Shown here piece after piece: positions 1 through 10,271 of a stretch of 64,000 nucleotides of DNA. How positions within the stretch are numbered: the first letter of the stretch is position 1; every line of letters begins with the position of its first letter. The stretch comes from Candidatus Yanofskybacteria bacterium (lineage in GTDB: Bacteria > Patescibacteriota > Minisyncoccia > 2-02-FULL-40-12 > IGHO2-01-FULL-4-A): NCBI GenBank assembly GCA_016185545.1, contig JACPNJ010000005.1, positions 271,717 to 335,716 on the forward strand, read 5' to 3'. Position numbers and translations under genes: made by a program. The notes under the pieces were generated by a model. The model did no database searches. It was given only the letters and a program-made list of their open reading frames with translations, and was not told where the DNA came from.

Positions 1-74
1 ATTTTTTTCGTCCTCGCGAAACCAAAGTTCATTGGCAAAAAAGGGCTTTTTACGCTCTCCGCTTTCAGTTTTAT

Positions 75-665
75 TCATTTCGGCATAATCCTTATTAAAT
101 TGCGGTTTTTCGCAACAGTTAACCATTTTTTTATTATATCACCGCTTGAATAGATATTCAAGAGATTATTTCGCATTAACATATAACTTGATATCAATAT
201 CAACACCGCGCCGGCTACGGCCAATGTAAAAGTTACAGCAAACGGCCAATACAATAAACTTACAAGGACGAAGTAAAGGATATAGGAAACGTGGTCAATC
301 GGCCGGCGGGGAAAAAATAATTTTTTTTCAACAATCATTCTTTTTGTCAGTACCACTGTGCCCCAAATTACACCCGGCAAATACAATAAAGCAAAGCTGA
401 TAGACCCCGGTTTTAAAAACATCACAAAATAAACGCCTATAAAAAATGTGAGATCGGCCACAGTGTCCAGCATTTTACCTTTAGGACTTGCTCCGTTCCA
501 ACGCCGAGCCAAATATCCGTCTAAGCGGTCGCCGACTGCCTGAAATATGATAAAACCCAAAAATAAATTATTTGCTCCAAGCCAAAAATAAATCGCGGCC
601 GGTATGGCCGATATCAGCCTCGCCGAACTAATGGCGTTTGGAATATATTTTTTAATTTTAATCAC
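75..665 (-). CDS. CDP-alcohol phosphatidyltransferase family protein (PgsA-like)
   Basis: Multi-TM protein. Motif DRLDGYLARRWNGASPKGKMLDTVADL fits the D-G-x2-A-R-x8-G-x3-D-x3-D signature. Confidence 0.6.
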   Translation of the reverse strand: MIKIKKYIPNAISSARLISAIPAAIYFWLGANNLFLGFIIFQAVGDRLDGYLARRWNGASPKGKMLDTVADLTFFIGVYFVMFLKPGSISFALLYLPGVIWGTVVLTKRMIVEKKLFFPRRPIDHVSYILYFVLVSLLYWPFAVTFTLAVAGAVLILISSYMLMRNNLLNIYSSGDIIKKWLTVAKNRNLIRIMPK

Positions 666-669
666 GGTT

Positions 670-2157
670 TTAATATAAAATCCTTAATAATTTTTTAACA
701 AACGGCGTAAGCTGGCCGGCCATATGCTCACTGACGGCTTTTCGGTTTATTCTGGAAGCGACGGGGTAGGGATATATTTTATTAAACAAGGTGTTAATTT
801 TCAAACCGGCGCTATTGGCCAAAATCAGTTCCTGGATCATTTCCCCGGCATTTTTAGCCGCCATGGTGCCGCCGAGAATTTTTTTGTCGGAAGAGATAAA
901 TAACTTAAGCATACCTTCCGTGGATTCGTCTACAATCGCGCGGTCATCGTTTTTAAAAGATTTTCTAATTGTAAGATACTTTAACTGTTTTTTATTTAAA
1001 TCTTTCCCGTTTAGGCCGAATGTTGCTATCTCCGGGTCGGTATAAGTTACCCAGGACATTTTATCGGTTTCCAATTTTTTCTTAAATGGCGAGAAAAAAT
1101 TTCTTAAAACAAGTTTGGCGTGCAATTCCGCCGCGTGAGTAAATTGGTGCTGACCGGCAATATCGCCCACCAGGAAAACTTTTTTGTTTGTGGTTCTAAG
1201 ATACGAATCAACTTTTATTTTTCCGCCTTCCATTTCAACGCCGGCTTTTTCAAGATCCAGCCCTTCTGTGTTTAAAAATCTGCCGACAGCGACAAGTAAA
1301 GCGTCAAATTCCAAACTGACTTCTTTATCAGCTCCTACTTTAATAACAATTTTATTTCCGTCCGCAATCTTTTCCGGCTGGCTGTTTAAATAAAACCTGA
1401 TGCCGTCTTTAGAAAGTTTTTCAAAAATAAAACGGGAAACTTCGGGATCTTCTTTATTCAATATTGAATCGCCCTTAACTACGACCGAAACATCCGATCC
1501 GAGATATTTGAAGGCCTGGCCTAGTTCCATTCCGATCGGCCCGCCGCCGATAACCACCATTTTTTTAGGAAGAAAATTAATGTCAAAAATCGTTTCGTTG
1601 GTAAATATGTTGGGCACATCTTTGATACCTGGAATATCCAGCTCTTTGGGGCGCGAACCGGTGGCTATTATAATTTTTCGCGCCTTATATTCTTGTCCGT
1701 CAAGAATAACGGTGTTTGAAGAAATAAATTTAGCCAAACCCAATTTAACGGTAATCCCCTTTTTACTGAGCGCTTGAAAATTTTCGTCCTCTCTTATGGT
1801 GTCTTGTTTTTCTTTTATGTACGCGACGACTCTGCCGATATCAACCGTGCCGTCCGTTTTCAGTCCAAATCTTTCAACATCCCGTCCGTTTTTAATCATT
1901 CTTGCTACATGAATAAGCGCTTTTGACGGTACGCAGCCAAAATTCAAGCAATCGCCGCCGATATTTCTGTCGCTTTTATCAATTAGCAGAGTTTTAAAAC
2001 CAGCCTTGTTCATAAAAGAAGCCGCATTTAAACCGCCTGAACCGGCTCCGATTATGATAATATCAAATTCATTTCCTGATAATTTTCTGCCGATTTTTGA
2101 TCTTGCCCATATAAAAAATATGGCTAAGATCGCGATTGTAAATATAATTATTTGCAT
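670..2157 (-). CDS. Class I pyridine nucleotide-disulfide oxidoreductase (lipoamide dehydrogenase/mercuric reductase-like) with N-terminal TM helix
   Basis: GAGSGG FAD-binding fold, redox-active GGDCLNFGCVPSK CxxxxC motif, second GGGPIG NAD fold. Confidence 0.7.
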   Translation of the reverse strand: MQIIIFTIAILAIFFIWARSKIGRKLSGNEFDIIIIGAGSGGLNAASFMNKAGFKTLLIDKSDRNIGGDCLNFGCVPSKALIHVARMIKNGRDVERFGLKTDGTVDIGRVVAYIKEKQDTIREDENFQALSKKGITVKLGLAKFISSNTVILDGQEYKARKIIIATGSRPKELDIPGIKDVPNIFTNETIFDINFLPKKMVVIGGGPIGMELGQAFKYLGSDVSVVVKGDSILNKEDPEVSRFIFEKLSKDGIRFYLNSQPEKIADGNKIVIKVGADKEVSLEFDALLVAVGRFLNTEGLDLEKAGVEMEGGKIKVDSYLRTTNKKVFLVGDIAGQHQFTHAAELHAKLVLRNFFSPFKKKLETDKMSWVTYTDPEIATFGLNGKDLNKKQLKYLTIRKSFKNDDRAIVDESTEGMLKLFISSDKKILGGTMAAKNAGEMIQELILANSAGLKINTLFNKIYPYPVASRINRKAVSEHMAGQLTPFVKKLLRILY

Positions 2158-2207
2158 TTAACAAAAACGAAGGATTATTTTTCTTAAAAAATAAATCCTT
2201 CGTTTTA

Positions 2208-3227
2208 TCATATAGCTGTGATAAACGGGGCAAGAGAAATCACATGCCTGACCAGCATTGAAGCATATCCCCATTCGTTGTCATACCAGACCATCACTTT
2301 CACTAGTTCGCCGCCAACCACTCTGGTTAAGTTCAAGTCAACGGTCGCGCCATGGGCGTTTTTCAAAATATCCGAAGACACCAGCGGCTTATCCGTAACC
2401 GTTAAGATTCCTTGCCACTCCGGTTTCTTTGACTCTTCAATAAAAATATTATTTATTTCTTCCGCCGAAGTTTTTTGTTCGGCTATAAAAGTAAAGTCCA
2501 GGATTGACCCGCTGACAACCGGCACCCGCAAAGCCAAACCGTCAAACTTGTCTTTCATTCCGGGAATTGCTTTGGCGGTGGCAATAGTGGCGCCAGTCGT
2601 CGTTGGAACGATATTCTGAGCCGCCGCTCTTCCTTTTCGATAATCTTTACCGGGCCCGTCAACCAAACCCTGGCTCGAAGTATAACCGTGGACGGTGTTT
2701 AAAAGAGAAAACTTGATACCGGGCCTTAAGGTCATCACTGCGGCCACCGGCGTAATAGCGTTAGTGGTACAAGAGGCGTTGGTGGTGATTTTGGATCTGG
2801 CAATTGCCTCCTCATTTATGTTTGGGGTAACGGTAATTGTTTCGCCCTCATCATGAGCTGGCGCTGTAAGAACAACTCTTTTCGCACCCGCGCCAAGATG
2901 CGCTTTAGCCTTATCGTAAGAAGTAAATCGTCCCGTTGCCTCAATGACCACATCAATGCCCAGATCCTCCCACGGAAGCTTTAGCGGATCTGGTTCGCTC
3001 AAATATTTTATCATTTTGCCGTCAACAACAAGATTGTTCTCCTGAACTTCAATTTTTTTATCAAAACGTCCGTAAACGCTGTCAAACTCCAAAAGATAGG
3101 CTAGATTAGCCAGTGCGCCCAGGTCGTTGAGAGCGACGATTTCCAATTCTGGCCGTTCAAAAGCGACCTTAAAAAATTGTCTGCCGATGCGGCCGAAACC
3201 GTTGATTGCTATTTTTATTTTCTTCAT
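2208..3227 (-). CDS. gap: Glyceraldehyde-3-phosphate dehydrogenase
   Basis: INGFGRIGR N-terminus; active-site ASCTTN signature. Confidence 0.9.
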   Translation of the reverse strand: MKKIKIAINGFGRIGRQFFKVAFERPELEIVALNDLGALANLAYLLEFDSVYGRFDKKIEVQENNLVVDGKMIKYLSEPDPLKLPWEDLGIDVVIEATGRFTSYDKAKAHLGAGAKRVVLTAPAHDEGETITVTPNINEEAIARSKITTNASCTTNAITPVAAVMTLRPGIKFSLLNTVHGYTSSQGLVDGPGKDYRKGRAAAQNIVPTTTGATIATAKAIPGMKDKFDGLALRVPVVSGSILDFTFIAEQKTSAEEINNIFIEESKKPEWQGILTVTDKPLVSSDILKNAHGATVDLNLTRVVGGELVKVMVWYDNEWGYASMLVRHVISLAPFITAI

Positions 3228-3451
3228 TTTTTAATTACTTGGTTAAATAATACTATCACCGCTTAATGAACCTAACGAATCTATTGGGGAATAATAATTT
3301 TGGCGCTTTCGAAAGATTTTTTAATTCTTATCCTAATTGATTAACCGGTTATCGACCCTCAAACCAGGAATGTGTAATACTATATTTCCTTATTTTATCA
3401 CAATGGATTAGATATCACCAGTTACAGATAATAACTTATTAATCCGTTAGG

Positions 3452-4837
3452 TTATGAAAAATAGGCGTCTAGCGAAGTACTTCTGTTTGTTTCGCACGGA
3501 TAACCCCCGGCACATTCGTTTTCCATTGTGTACTTGTCAAAACTAAATTTATTATTAAAAAATTTCATTATCTCTTCAGTATCTCTAACGGCATTGAAAA
3601 GACAAACCGAAGCGCCAGGAGAAGGCGTCATGTTAAAGATGATATGGTTTCCAATAATTCTTCCTTCACCGAGTTGCAGTTCATGAGTTTCCGTGTCTAC
3701 TCTTTGAAGTCTCATCCCGCCAAAACCCTTGGCTTTTTTAAGATCCCGGGCTTTGATAGATGGAACAATTTTCCTGATATTTGCCAAAAACAAAATTTTG
3801 CCTACCAAAGGAAGATCGTATAGGGCGTTTTTTACCAAATATTTAAATCTCGTATGGTCGCTTAAAATTTTAATAAAACTTTTTGCCGTGCAGTATCTAA
3901 AAAGTCCTGCTGACTTAAAATAATCTACTGAAGTGGAAAGTTTTCCGCTTTCCAATACCGGAAAAAATTTAGCTGTCGGTCCCCATCTTGTTTTATTGGA
4001 AACTTGTACGTCAGGATCACCATGAACTGATGCAAAGGGCAATTTTTTGTTCTGTATAGTATAAACTTTTCCATTTAAAAGCCGGTCTGAAAAATAAAAA
4101 TTGCCAGCAATCGGAACAAGCGAAAACTTATTTCCATATCCGAGTGATTTAGCAAAAAGTAAACTGTAAGAGTCGGCATCCACCACAACAACACCAGCCT
4201 TGAATACTCCTTGATTGGTGGCTACCTGATATACATCGTCGGTTCTTTTTATATTTTTCACCTTGCATCCCAAAAATAAGTTCGACCAGTTGTTTGCTCC
4301 TCTTTTGACTTCTTTTACAAAAGATGCCGCCAGCATTTCATAATCAACTGCATATCCATCATGTGTATATAATGCCAAGATTTCTTCATTTTCTCTTCTT
4401 CCTTTTGTTATATTTGGTTCTACTTTTTCAATTCCTCTTTTATCTAACTTCTGCAAATCTGGATATAATTCTTTAATTTCTTCGTATCTTTTTTCCAGCT
4501 GAACAACTTCGTCTTTAGCTACCGCTAAAACCATCTTAGATACTTTAAATAAAATTTTGTTCTGCTCATCGGGGTGCAGTTTTTTCACATAAGTAGGAAT
4601 CATCATGGCCGCTGTTTTTACTATTTTTGCTTTTTCTAATGGATAGTTGGTTTCAATATCGCCCACATGAAGAGTCTGGCTGTTGTTTCTGCCCCTAGAA
4701 TTAACCTGCGCTACTTTATTATACTTTTCAAGAAGAGCCACACTAGAAATATCCGTGTATTTGGATAACACGTAAAAGAGGGCAGTGCCGCTCACGCCTC
4801 CTCCGATTATTAATACATCATATTTATCTTTATCCAT
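3452..4837 (-). CDS. FAD-dependent oxidoreductase, malate:quinone oxidoreductase-like
   Basis: DVLIIGGGVSGTA Rossmann motif; ~460 aa; overall Mqo-like layout. Start moved to internal MDKDKYDV. Confidence 0.5.
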   Translation of the reverse strand: MDKDKYDVLIIGGGVSGTALFYVLSKYTDISSVALLEKYNKVAQVNSRGRNNSQTLHVGDIETNYPLEKAKIVKTAAMMIPTYVKKLHPDEQNKILFKVSKMVLAVAKDEVVQLEKRYEEIKELYPDLQKLDKRGIEKVEPNITKGRRENEEILALYTHDGYAVDYEMLAASFVKEVKRGANNWSNLFLGCKVKNIKRTDDVYQVATNQGVFKAGVVVVDADSYSLLFAKSLGYGNKFSLVPIAGNFYFSDRLLNGKVYTIQNKKLPFASVHGDPDVQVSNKTRWGPTAKFFPVLESGKLSTSVDYFKSAGLFRYCTAKSFIKILSDHTRFKYLVKNALYDLPLVGKILFLANIRKIVPSIKARDLKKAKGFGGMRLQRVDTETHELQLGEGRIIGNHIIFNMTPSPGASVCLFNAVRDTEEIMKFFNNKFSFDKYTMENECAGGYPCETNRSTSLDAYFS

Positions 4838-5090
4838 AATTATATTCAAAATTATATTGTAAATTATATTGGAAATATATATTTTTATCATGAATTGACC
4901 GTTTTAAAGTTAAAATTTAATTCAAACTTACCTGCTATCTTGGCTACATAAACGCAAAGAACACGACGTTTGCGTGTTGTGTTGGGGAGCATTGCCGCGC
5001 GGTCGATCACGGCCGTATCAATCATAACAATCAATAGTTTTGTTAGTTTTGTTCAGAGCGTTTTTTTAAGAAAGGGGGTGTAATCATATC

Positions 5091-5540
5091 ATGAAAAAAT
5101 CCACGAAAATAGCGGTTTCAATGGCCATTTTTGGCGTGCTGGCAATGACCGCGATTGTCGCTTATCCCGGCAATAACGCCAAGGCGGCAGGTATTGACGG
5201 CATTTCCAGAGCCGCCCACGGCAATGTTTCGCGACTAGGCGAACTGCTTGTGTTAGACGGATTGTTTGCCAATGATTTCAACAGCATAGATAATCGTATC
5301 GACGGTCCTTCACGCTTGGGCGAACTGATCGTCTTAGACGGATTGTTCGGCTTCGGCAACGGGCTTAACGGCAACGGCACGAGAAACGTTTCGCGACTCG
5401 GCGAACTGCTTGTCTTAGACGGATTGTTCGGCAATAGTATAGACGGAGTAACCGGTAGCAGAATCGGCGGCGCCTCTCGCTTAGGCGAACTGTTAGTCTT
5501 AGACGGATTGTTCGGCTTCGGCAACGGATTTATCAGGTAA
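5091..5540 (+). CDS. Secreted repeat protein with 4x SRLGELLVLDGLFG motif
   Basis: Strong signal peptide (MKKSTKIAVSMAIFGVLAMTAIVA). Four ~28-aa repeats, visible also as DNA direct repeats. Confidence 0.5.
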   Translation: MKKSTKIAVSMAIFGVLAMTAIVAYPGNNAKAAGIDGISRAAHGNVSRLGELLVLDGLFANDFNSIDNRIDGPSRLGELIVLDGLFGFGNGLNGNGTRNVSRLGELLVLDGLFGNSIDGVTGSRIGGASRLGELLVLDGLFGFGNGFIR

Positions 5541-5601
5541 GTCCGGCAGCAAGAGAGAATTGCAAGTTTCTCTCTTGTGCCGGATTTGTCATTATACCAT
5601 C

Positions 5602-5991
5602 ATGAGCGTGAGAAATTTCTTTTCTACCCACAACAAATTATTACTTATTATATTATTTGGTTTGGCTCTGTTCGGCACGGGTTATTTTGCGTTGGCACGT
5701 ACTTCCAGCATTATTACTATAGTCAATGAGCGGCCTGCCCACCCCGTCCTAGACGGGAGGGCGGGCAGAGGCAGGATCGGTGGCAACTCCGGCGCCGAAC
5801 CCTACTGCTATAATGGCGATAACAATCTTGGCCAACTGATAGTTCTTGACAGCTTATTCGGCACAGATTACAAAAAAGCCGACGGCAGTGACAGGTTCTC
5901 GCGCCTGGAACGGCTGATTGTTCTAGACAGATTGTTCTCTAATCAATCTAATTCCGGCGGACGTTCCTGTCTGTCACCTCTTGAGGAGTAA
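5602..5991 (+). CDS. Secreted/membrane-anchored paralog with 2x LGQLIVLDSLFG / RLERLIVLDRLF repeats
   Basis: Hydrophobic N-terminus, same repeat motif as the 5091 gene. Start set to the internal Met. Confidence 0.45.
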   Translation: MSVRNFFSTHNKLLLIILFGLALFGTGYFALARTSSIITIVNERPAHPVLDGRAGRGRIGGNSGAEPYCYNGDNNLGQLIVLDSLFGTDYKKADGSDRFSRLERLIVLDRLFSNQSNSGGRSCLSPLEE

Positions 5992-7216
5992 CGACAATAA
6001 CGTTCAGACCTAATTTGTTAAGTTCTTTGGTCAATCCCTCTTCGTGGCCAGCGCCGAATTGTATAACTCCGACCGTCTGGCCTGATTCTTTCAGGGCGGA
6101 AACGAAGTTCTCGGCCGCCTCAAAATTACGTTTTTCCACGACAGTCCTCTCAATCTTGGTTTCTGAATCAACCAAAAGTCGGCGCAAAAGATCGGTATTA
6201 TAGACGGCATTATAAGGATTGTCGGCTCGCGATGACGCATTGCCGGCTAAGTTCAACGCTGAATTGCCTTGGCCGGTCCCGGTCATTTCAGAAAACAAAG
6301 AACGGCAAAGTTCTATTTGCTGGGCCAGTTCTTGTTTGCCTTGCTGGTTGGCTTCCGATTCCAAAGCATCAAACCGACGCGAGACATCACTACCACCGCT
6401 CAGGATTAGGGTTAAGGTTTCAAGCAATGAAGCGTCAAAAAACCTGCCCAAGTAAGGGCCGGAGGCGGCCAGGGTTTCAAGATTATCCAACCTGTCCTGT
6501 AGATAGATGTTATCTCTGACCAAAGCGGCACTTTCTTGAAGCGTGGCTTGGTTTTCGGAACCAAACAGAGTTATATCGCCACCCTCGGCCTTGTAAACCA
6601 GCGGCGCACCTTTCAAGATGATTTCACGGCCTGTTTTGGCCAGTTGTTTATCAACGCCAGTCCTGAGGTCATCCTCAAGTTGAGGGTTAATGCTACCCTG
6701 CTCAAGTTCTTGGTTAAGTTTGCGGTATGCGGCCAGAAAGCGATCGCGAGTGTCTATTTTTTCTTTAAGCGGTTCAATGACGCTTGACGGTACCGGGCCG
6801 GCTAACTGGCCCTCCACGACAAACAATTTGACCCCGAATTGTCCGGCCAGATGTTTAACTATCTGAAGGGTTTGTTCTTGGTTCTGTTGCGCCGAATCGT
6901 TAATGCCGTCTCCGGCCTCCGAACCCGGATTCCTGTGATATTGAGGAATCAAGACAGCAGTGCCGAAGGTGGCTGGCGCCGAATGAAAGGTAACTTTGCT
7001 AACGGGCAAGTTGCGATAAGCCGCTATGTCCGACAAAATCTCGGCCGGATTATCCCTATTACCGCTTTCGTGGCCAATATTAACAACTGTTTGTTTCTCG
7101 CTAACAGCAGAAACCCCGCCATTTAAGAAACCACCACCAGCAAAAACGCCCAATAACAAAAGAACGGCTGCGGAAAGAACAACTATGATGTTTTTGGTTC
7201 TGAAATATATAGACAT
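5948..7216 (-). CDS. Hypothetical exported protein, possibly ChaN/Tiki/TraB-superfamily-like
   Basis: N-terminal TM. N-terminal IGHESGNRDNP and C-terminal VIQFGAGHEEGL motifs are reminiscent of the GxxH motifs of that superfamily. GC clearly above flanks. Confidence 0.4.
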   Translation of the reverse strand: MSIYFRTKNIIVVLSAAVLLLLGVFAGGGFLNGGVSAVSEKQTVVNIGHESGNRDNPAEILSDIAAYRNLPVSKVTFHSAPATFGTAVLIPQYHRNPGSEAGDGINDSAQQNQEQTLQIVKHLAGQFGVKLFVVEGQLAGPVPSSVIEPLKEKIDTRDRFLAAYRKLNQELEQGSINPQLEDDLRTGVDKQLAKTGREIILKGAPLVYKAEGGDITLFGSENQATLQESAALVRDNIYLQDRLDNLETLAASGPYLGRFFDASLLETLTLILSGGSDVSRRFDALESEANQQGKQELAQQIELCRSLFSEMTGTGQGNSALNLAGNASSRADNPYNAVYNTDLLRRLLVDSETKIERTVVEKRNFEAAENFVSALKESGQTVGVIQFGAGHEEGLTKELNKLGLNVIVVTPQEVTDRNVRRN

Positions 7217-7482
7217 GGTTATTGAAACTAATATTGCGCCGCCTTGTCTTCATTATTTTAGAGCCGATAAGCACTAATTGGCTTGATTTCGACCGGTAAA
7301 ATAACGATTACCTGGCTTACGCGTGAAGATATTAGTTCATTCGTCCATTATAATTTCACGATCCAGACAGTCAATAGTTTTCTTCACGTTTCTTCATAAT
7401 AGAAAAACCGTCCGATGATAATGATAATCGGCCAAATAAAAAATCCGCCGTACGCGGCGGATTTTTAATAATATCTTGAGGC

Positions 7483-8190
7483 TTACTTTTCTGTATTTGC
7501 TCTGGGGTAGCGGCCGTAGACATTCAGCCGATAACCAACTCCGCGGATTGTTTCCAGCATATTTTCACGAGAATTATTGCCGATTTTCTTCCTCAAGTTC
7601 TTAATATGCACGTCAACAATATTGCTGAACGAGGCGAAACCGAAATCCCAAAGATGATCCAGGATTTGTTCGCGAGTGATCGTCTGGCCGGGATTGCGCA
7701 TAAAGTATTCCATCAGACTGAACTCTTTGAGCGTCAAGGGCAGTTCTTTACTGTCACGGTAGGCTCTGTGGGTGTTGAGATTGATGCAGATATCGTTGAC
7801 TTTCAGGGATTCGGTAATAGTTTCCGCCGGCCGACGAAGCAAGGCTTTGACTCTGGCGTTTAACTCCTCAAAGAAAAAAGGTTTGACCAGGTAATCATCG
7901 GCGCCGCTATTGAGGAGCGTAACCTTGTCTTTGACGTCAAAGCGGCCGGTTAAAATCAAGATCGGAATTTTGATGCCGCTTTGGCGGATGCTTTTACAAA
8001 TCGCGAAACCGTCTTTGTGCGGCAACACTAAATCCAGGATTAATAAATCGTAACCATCGTGATTGATCTGGATGCGCCGCTCGCCTTCTTCGCCGTCCAA
8101 CAGATAATCAACGGCGTAACCTTCGTCCTCAAGATTTTTCTTAAGGCCGCTGGCAAGATCCTGGTTGTCCTCAATAATCAATATCCTCAT
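7483..8190 (-). CDS. OmpR-family two-component response regulator
   Basis: REC domain (MRILIIEDN...LILDLVLP...K) plus winged-helix C-terminus (RGVGYRL). Start set to MRILII. Confidence 0.85.
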   Translation of the reverse strand: MRILIIEDNQDLASGLKKNLEDEGYAVDYLLDGEEGERRIQINHDGYDLLILDLVLPHKDGFAICKSIRQSGIKIPILILTGRFDVKDKVTLLNSGADDYLVKPFFFEELNARVKALLRRPAETITESLKVNDICINLNTHRAYRDSKELPLTLKEFSLMEYFMRNPGQTITREQILDHLWDFGFASFSNIVDVHIKNLRKKIGNNSRENMLETIRGVGYRLNVYGRYPRANTEK

Positions 8191-8242
8191 GGTTTTTAAC
8201 ATCTTAGATAAAAAACGTAGTCTACATAAATGATAATTAAAG

Positions 8243-8722
8243 TCAAGTCCTGTCAAAACGGATCCCGGACTTAACACCTTTCCCGTTCTTCGCAATAGCG
8301 GTATAAACTAGCCCCAGAATAAAACCATACACTAAATGTCCCCATAAGCTTGGCAAGGCCATTTGTATTCCTTGCTTTGAAAGCTGGCTGCCTATACCCA
8401 AAAGCCAGGGCATAATAATCAGCGGTCCCAAAAACCACAAGACTAGAGAGAAAGCCAGGCCAAGCGCGATGTTTTTTGTTTTACCTGTCGTTTTACATCC
8501 CAGAAAAACAGCAAAAAATAAACCAAAGACGACACTGAATAATGTGTTCGTCATTAAGCCGAAAATGACTGAATCTCCACCCAGGAGCCTGGCGATAGTC
8601 GGCAGCATTCCCGTCGCGCCGCTTATAGCGCCAAAGACGGCACCGGCAATAAAGCTGGCCGTTATGCCAGCCTTGATACTACGGTGGCAGCTATTAATTT
8701 TGATTGCTAAGGCGTTTTGCAT
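8243..8722 (-). CDS. Small multi-pass membrane protein
   Basis: Four hydrophobic helices; no recognised motif. Confidence 0.45.
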   Translation of the reverse strand: MQNALAIKINSCHRSIKAGITASFIAGAVFGAISGATGMLPTIARLLGGDSVIFGLMTNTLFSVVFGLFFAVFLGCKTTGKTKNIALGLAFSLVLWFLGPLIIMPWLLGIGSQLSKQGIQMALPSLWGHLVYGFILGLVYTAIAKNGKGVKSGIRFDRT

Positions 8723-8743
8723 GGTTTTTATAATTAACTTTGT

Positions 8744-9814
8744 TTATTTGTTATTCAATAAGCCTGATTGCGCCTGCTCTAAGGCCAGCTTTACTTGATT
8801 GGCCGGGATGGCAAGACTGATGTTTTTGGCGCCATCTACTATGGCGGTGTTGATTCCTATGACCTCTCCCTGAAGATTCAGCAAGGGTCCGCCGGAACTG
8901 CCTGAATTTATAGCAACATCAGTTTGGATCAATTTATCCAAGCGCGCCAATTGTTTGCCGTTAGCGTTACCGACAGCGACAGAACGAGACAAATTAGAAA
9001 TTACACCGCGCGAAACGGTATTGGCAAATTTTCCCAAAGCATTACCGATAGCGATAACCGTTCGTCCATTTTCCAACTTGTCCGAATCTCCCAAAGTCAA
9101 AAAGGGCAGATTTGAGCCGTCAATCTTTATAATGGCCAGGTCTTTGTCCGGATCTCGCGATAAAACCTTTATTTTGTGTTTGACACCATCCTCGGTAATC
9201 GCGAAAAGTTCGCCTTTGCCCGCGTCAATCACGTGTTTGTTGGTTACGATCAGGCCGTCCGGACTGGCAATGAAACCGGAACCGACACTGGTCAATTCAT
9301 CAGCTTGCTTGCCGGGAGCCTGTCTGGTGATTTGTTTAGACGGCGTTTGGAATTCGGCTTCCGAACATTGTTTTCCCAAAGCAAGCTTCAATATGGGGTC
9401 TTGGCAGGTATTAGCAATAATCTTGTTTTTAAAATCCTCTTCTCGCCGCGTTTCCTGGCTTCTCTGGCTTTGGCTTTCCTTCTGTGCCGCATCGTCAGGC
9501 GTTGTTTCTATATTTTTGCTAATATCCTCACTATTAGTAGTACCCAAAATAGCAATGCTGACTACAGACGGGTTAGCTTTTTTGACCACACTGACCACAA
9601 GCGACTCTTCGGTTGTCATCGCCAAACCCGCTTCGGCATTAATTTGCCGACGCGCCAACACGGCCGCATCAACACCAATAAATTTGAAACTGGAAACAAG
9701 ATAACCGAAAAGACCGCCAACAAGACCACCAACCGCAGCAGACATTATAAAACTGGCCAGTAATCCCTTGCTTCCCCTGTTAAGGTTAAGATTTTGTATT
9801 TCGTTCATATCCAT
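8744..9814 (-). CDS. Trypsin-like serine protease (HtrA/S1C-like, no PDZ), membrane anchored
   Basis: TNKHV (His), DLAII (Asp) and NSGSSGGPLLN (Ser) catalytic motifs; N-terminal TM. Confidence 0.8.
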   Translation of the reverse strand: MDMNEIQNLNLNRGSKGLLASFIMSAAVGGLVGGLFGYLVSSFKFIGVDAAVLARRQINAEAGLAMTTEESLVVSVVKKANPSVVSIAILGTTNSEDISKNIETTPDDAAQKESQSQRSQETRREEDFKNKIIANTCQDPILKLALGKQCSEAEFQTPSKQITRQAPGKQADELTSVGSGFIASPDGLIVTNKHVIDAGKGELFAITEDGVKHKIKVLSRDPDKDLAIIKIDGSNLPFLTLGDSDKLENGRTVIAIGNALGKFANTVSRGVISNLSRSVAVGNANGKQLARLDKLIQTDVAINSGSSGGPLLNLQGEVIGINTAIVDGAKNISLAIPANQVKLALEQAQSGLLNNK

Positions 9815-10229
9815 AAGCGTACTTTTAATATATGGGGGTTAGTTGCTGATGTATTAAAGAAATGACAATTCATAGAGTTCTCACGGCGCCGTGGTAATTT
9901 CTGCTGTATAGTTCTTTGTTGTCTTTGGTGTTGTAATTTGCATTGCATTATTACGCCATTGCCATTCGCACTTGTGAATTAACGCACTTGAGAATTCTTG
10001 AGAATTATCGCGTATCGTGCGGATTACGCGTTAAGCGTTTACCACGGCTTTCTGGGGAATCTGGCTGGGGAATCTGGGAAGGAGAAGCCCGGAAAGAGGA
10101 GCCCTTTAGATAATGACTTTATAGTGATCCCAGAAAGCCAAAAGCCAGCTCCTTATAAGGAGCTGGCTTTTGGCTTTCTTTTGGCTTTCTTCGGTCCGTA
10201 AGGATCAAATTAAATATTACCCATTAGCC

Positions 10230-10258
10230 TTGACACTAGTAATAAAGTGACTTATTAT
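10230..10258 (+). promoter_or_regulatory. Sigma70-like promoter for the hybrid kinase gene
   Basis: TTGACA, 17-nt spacer, TATTAT, 13 nt upstream of the ATG at 10272. Confidence 0.4.
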
Positions 10259-10271
10259 ATAATTATATTAA

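Noticed and set aside
3452-4891. Upstream extension MIKIYISNIIYNIILNII of the Mqo-like ORF
   Set aside because: AT-rich low-complexity read-through of the spacer. The Rossmann motif begins right after the internal Met.
5162-5524. Minus-strand 120-aa ORF antisense to the repeat-protein gene
   Set aside because: Pro/Ser-rich low-complexity translation created by the repeated DNA. The plus-strand ORF has a clean signal peptide and coherent repeats.
8955-9763. Plus-strand ORFs of 249 and 195 aa inside the protease gene
   Set aside because: Shadow ORFs antisense to a well-supported S1C protease, with no motifs. The same applies to 791-1045, 1400-1777, 23777-24289, 24866-25360, 29945-30511, 33040-33501 and similar plus-strand ORFs inside long minus-strand genes.
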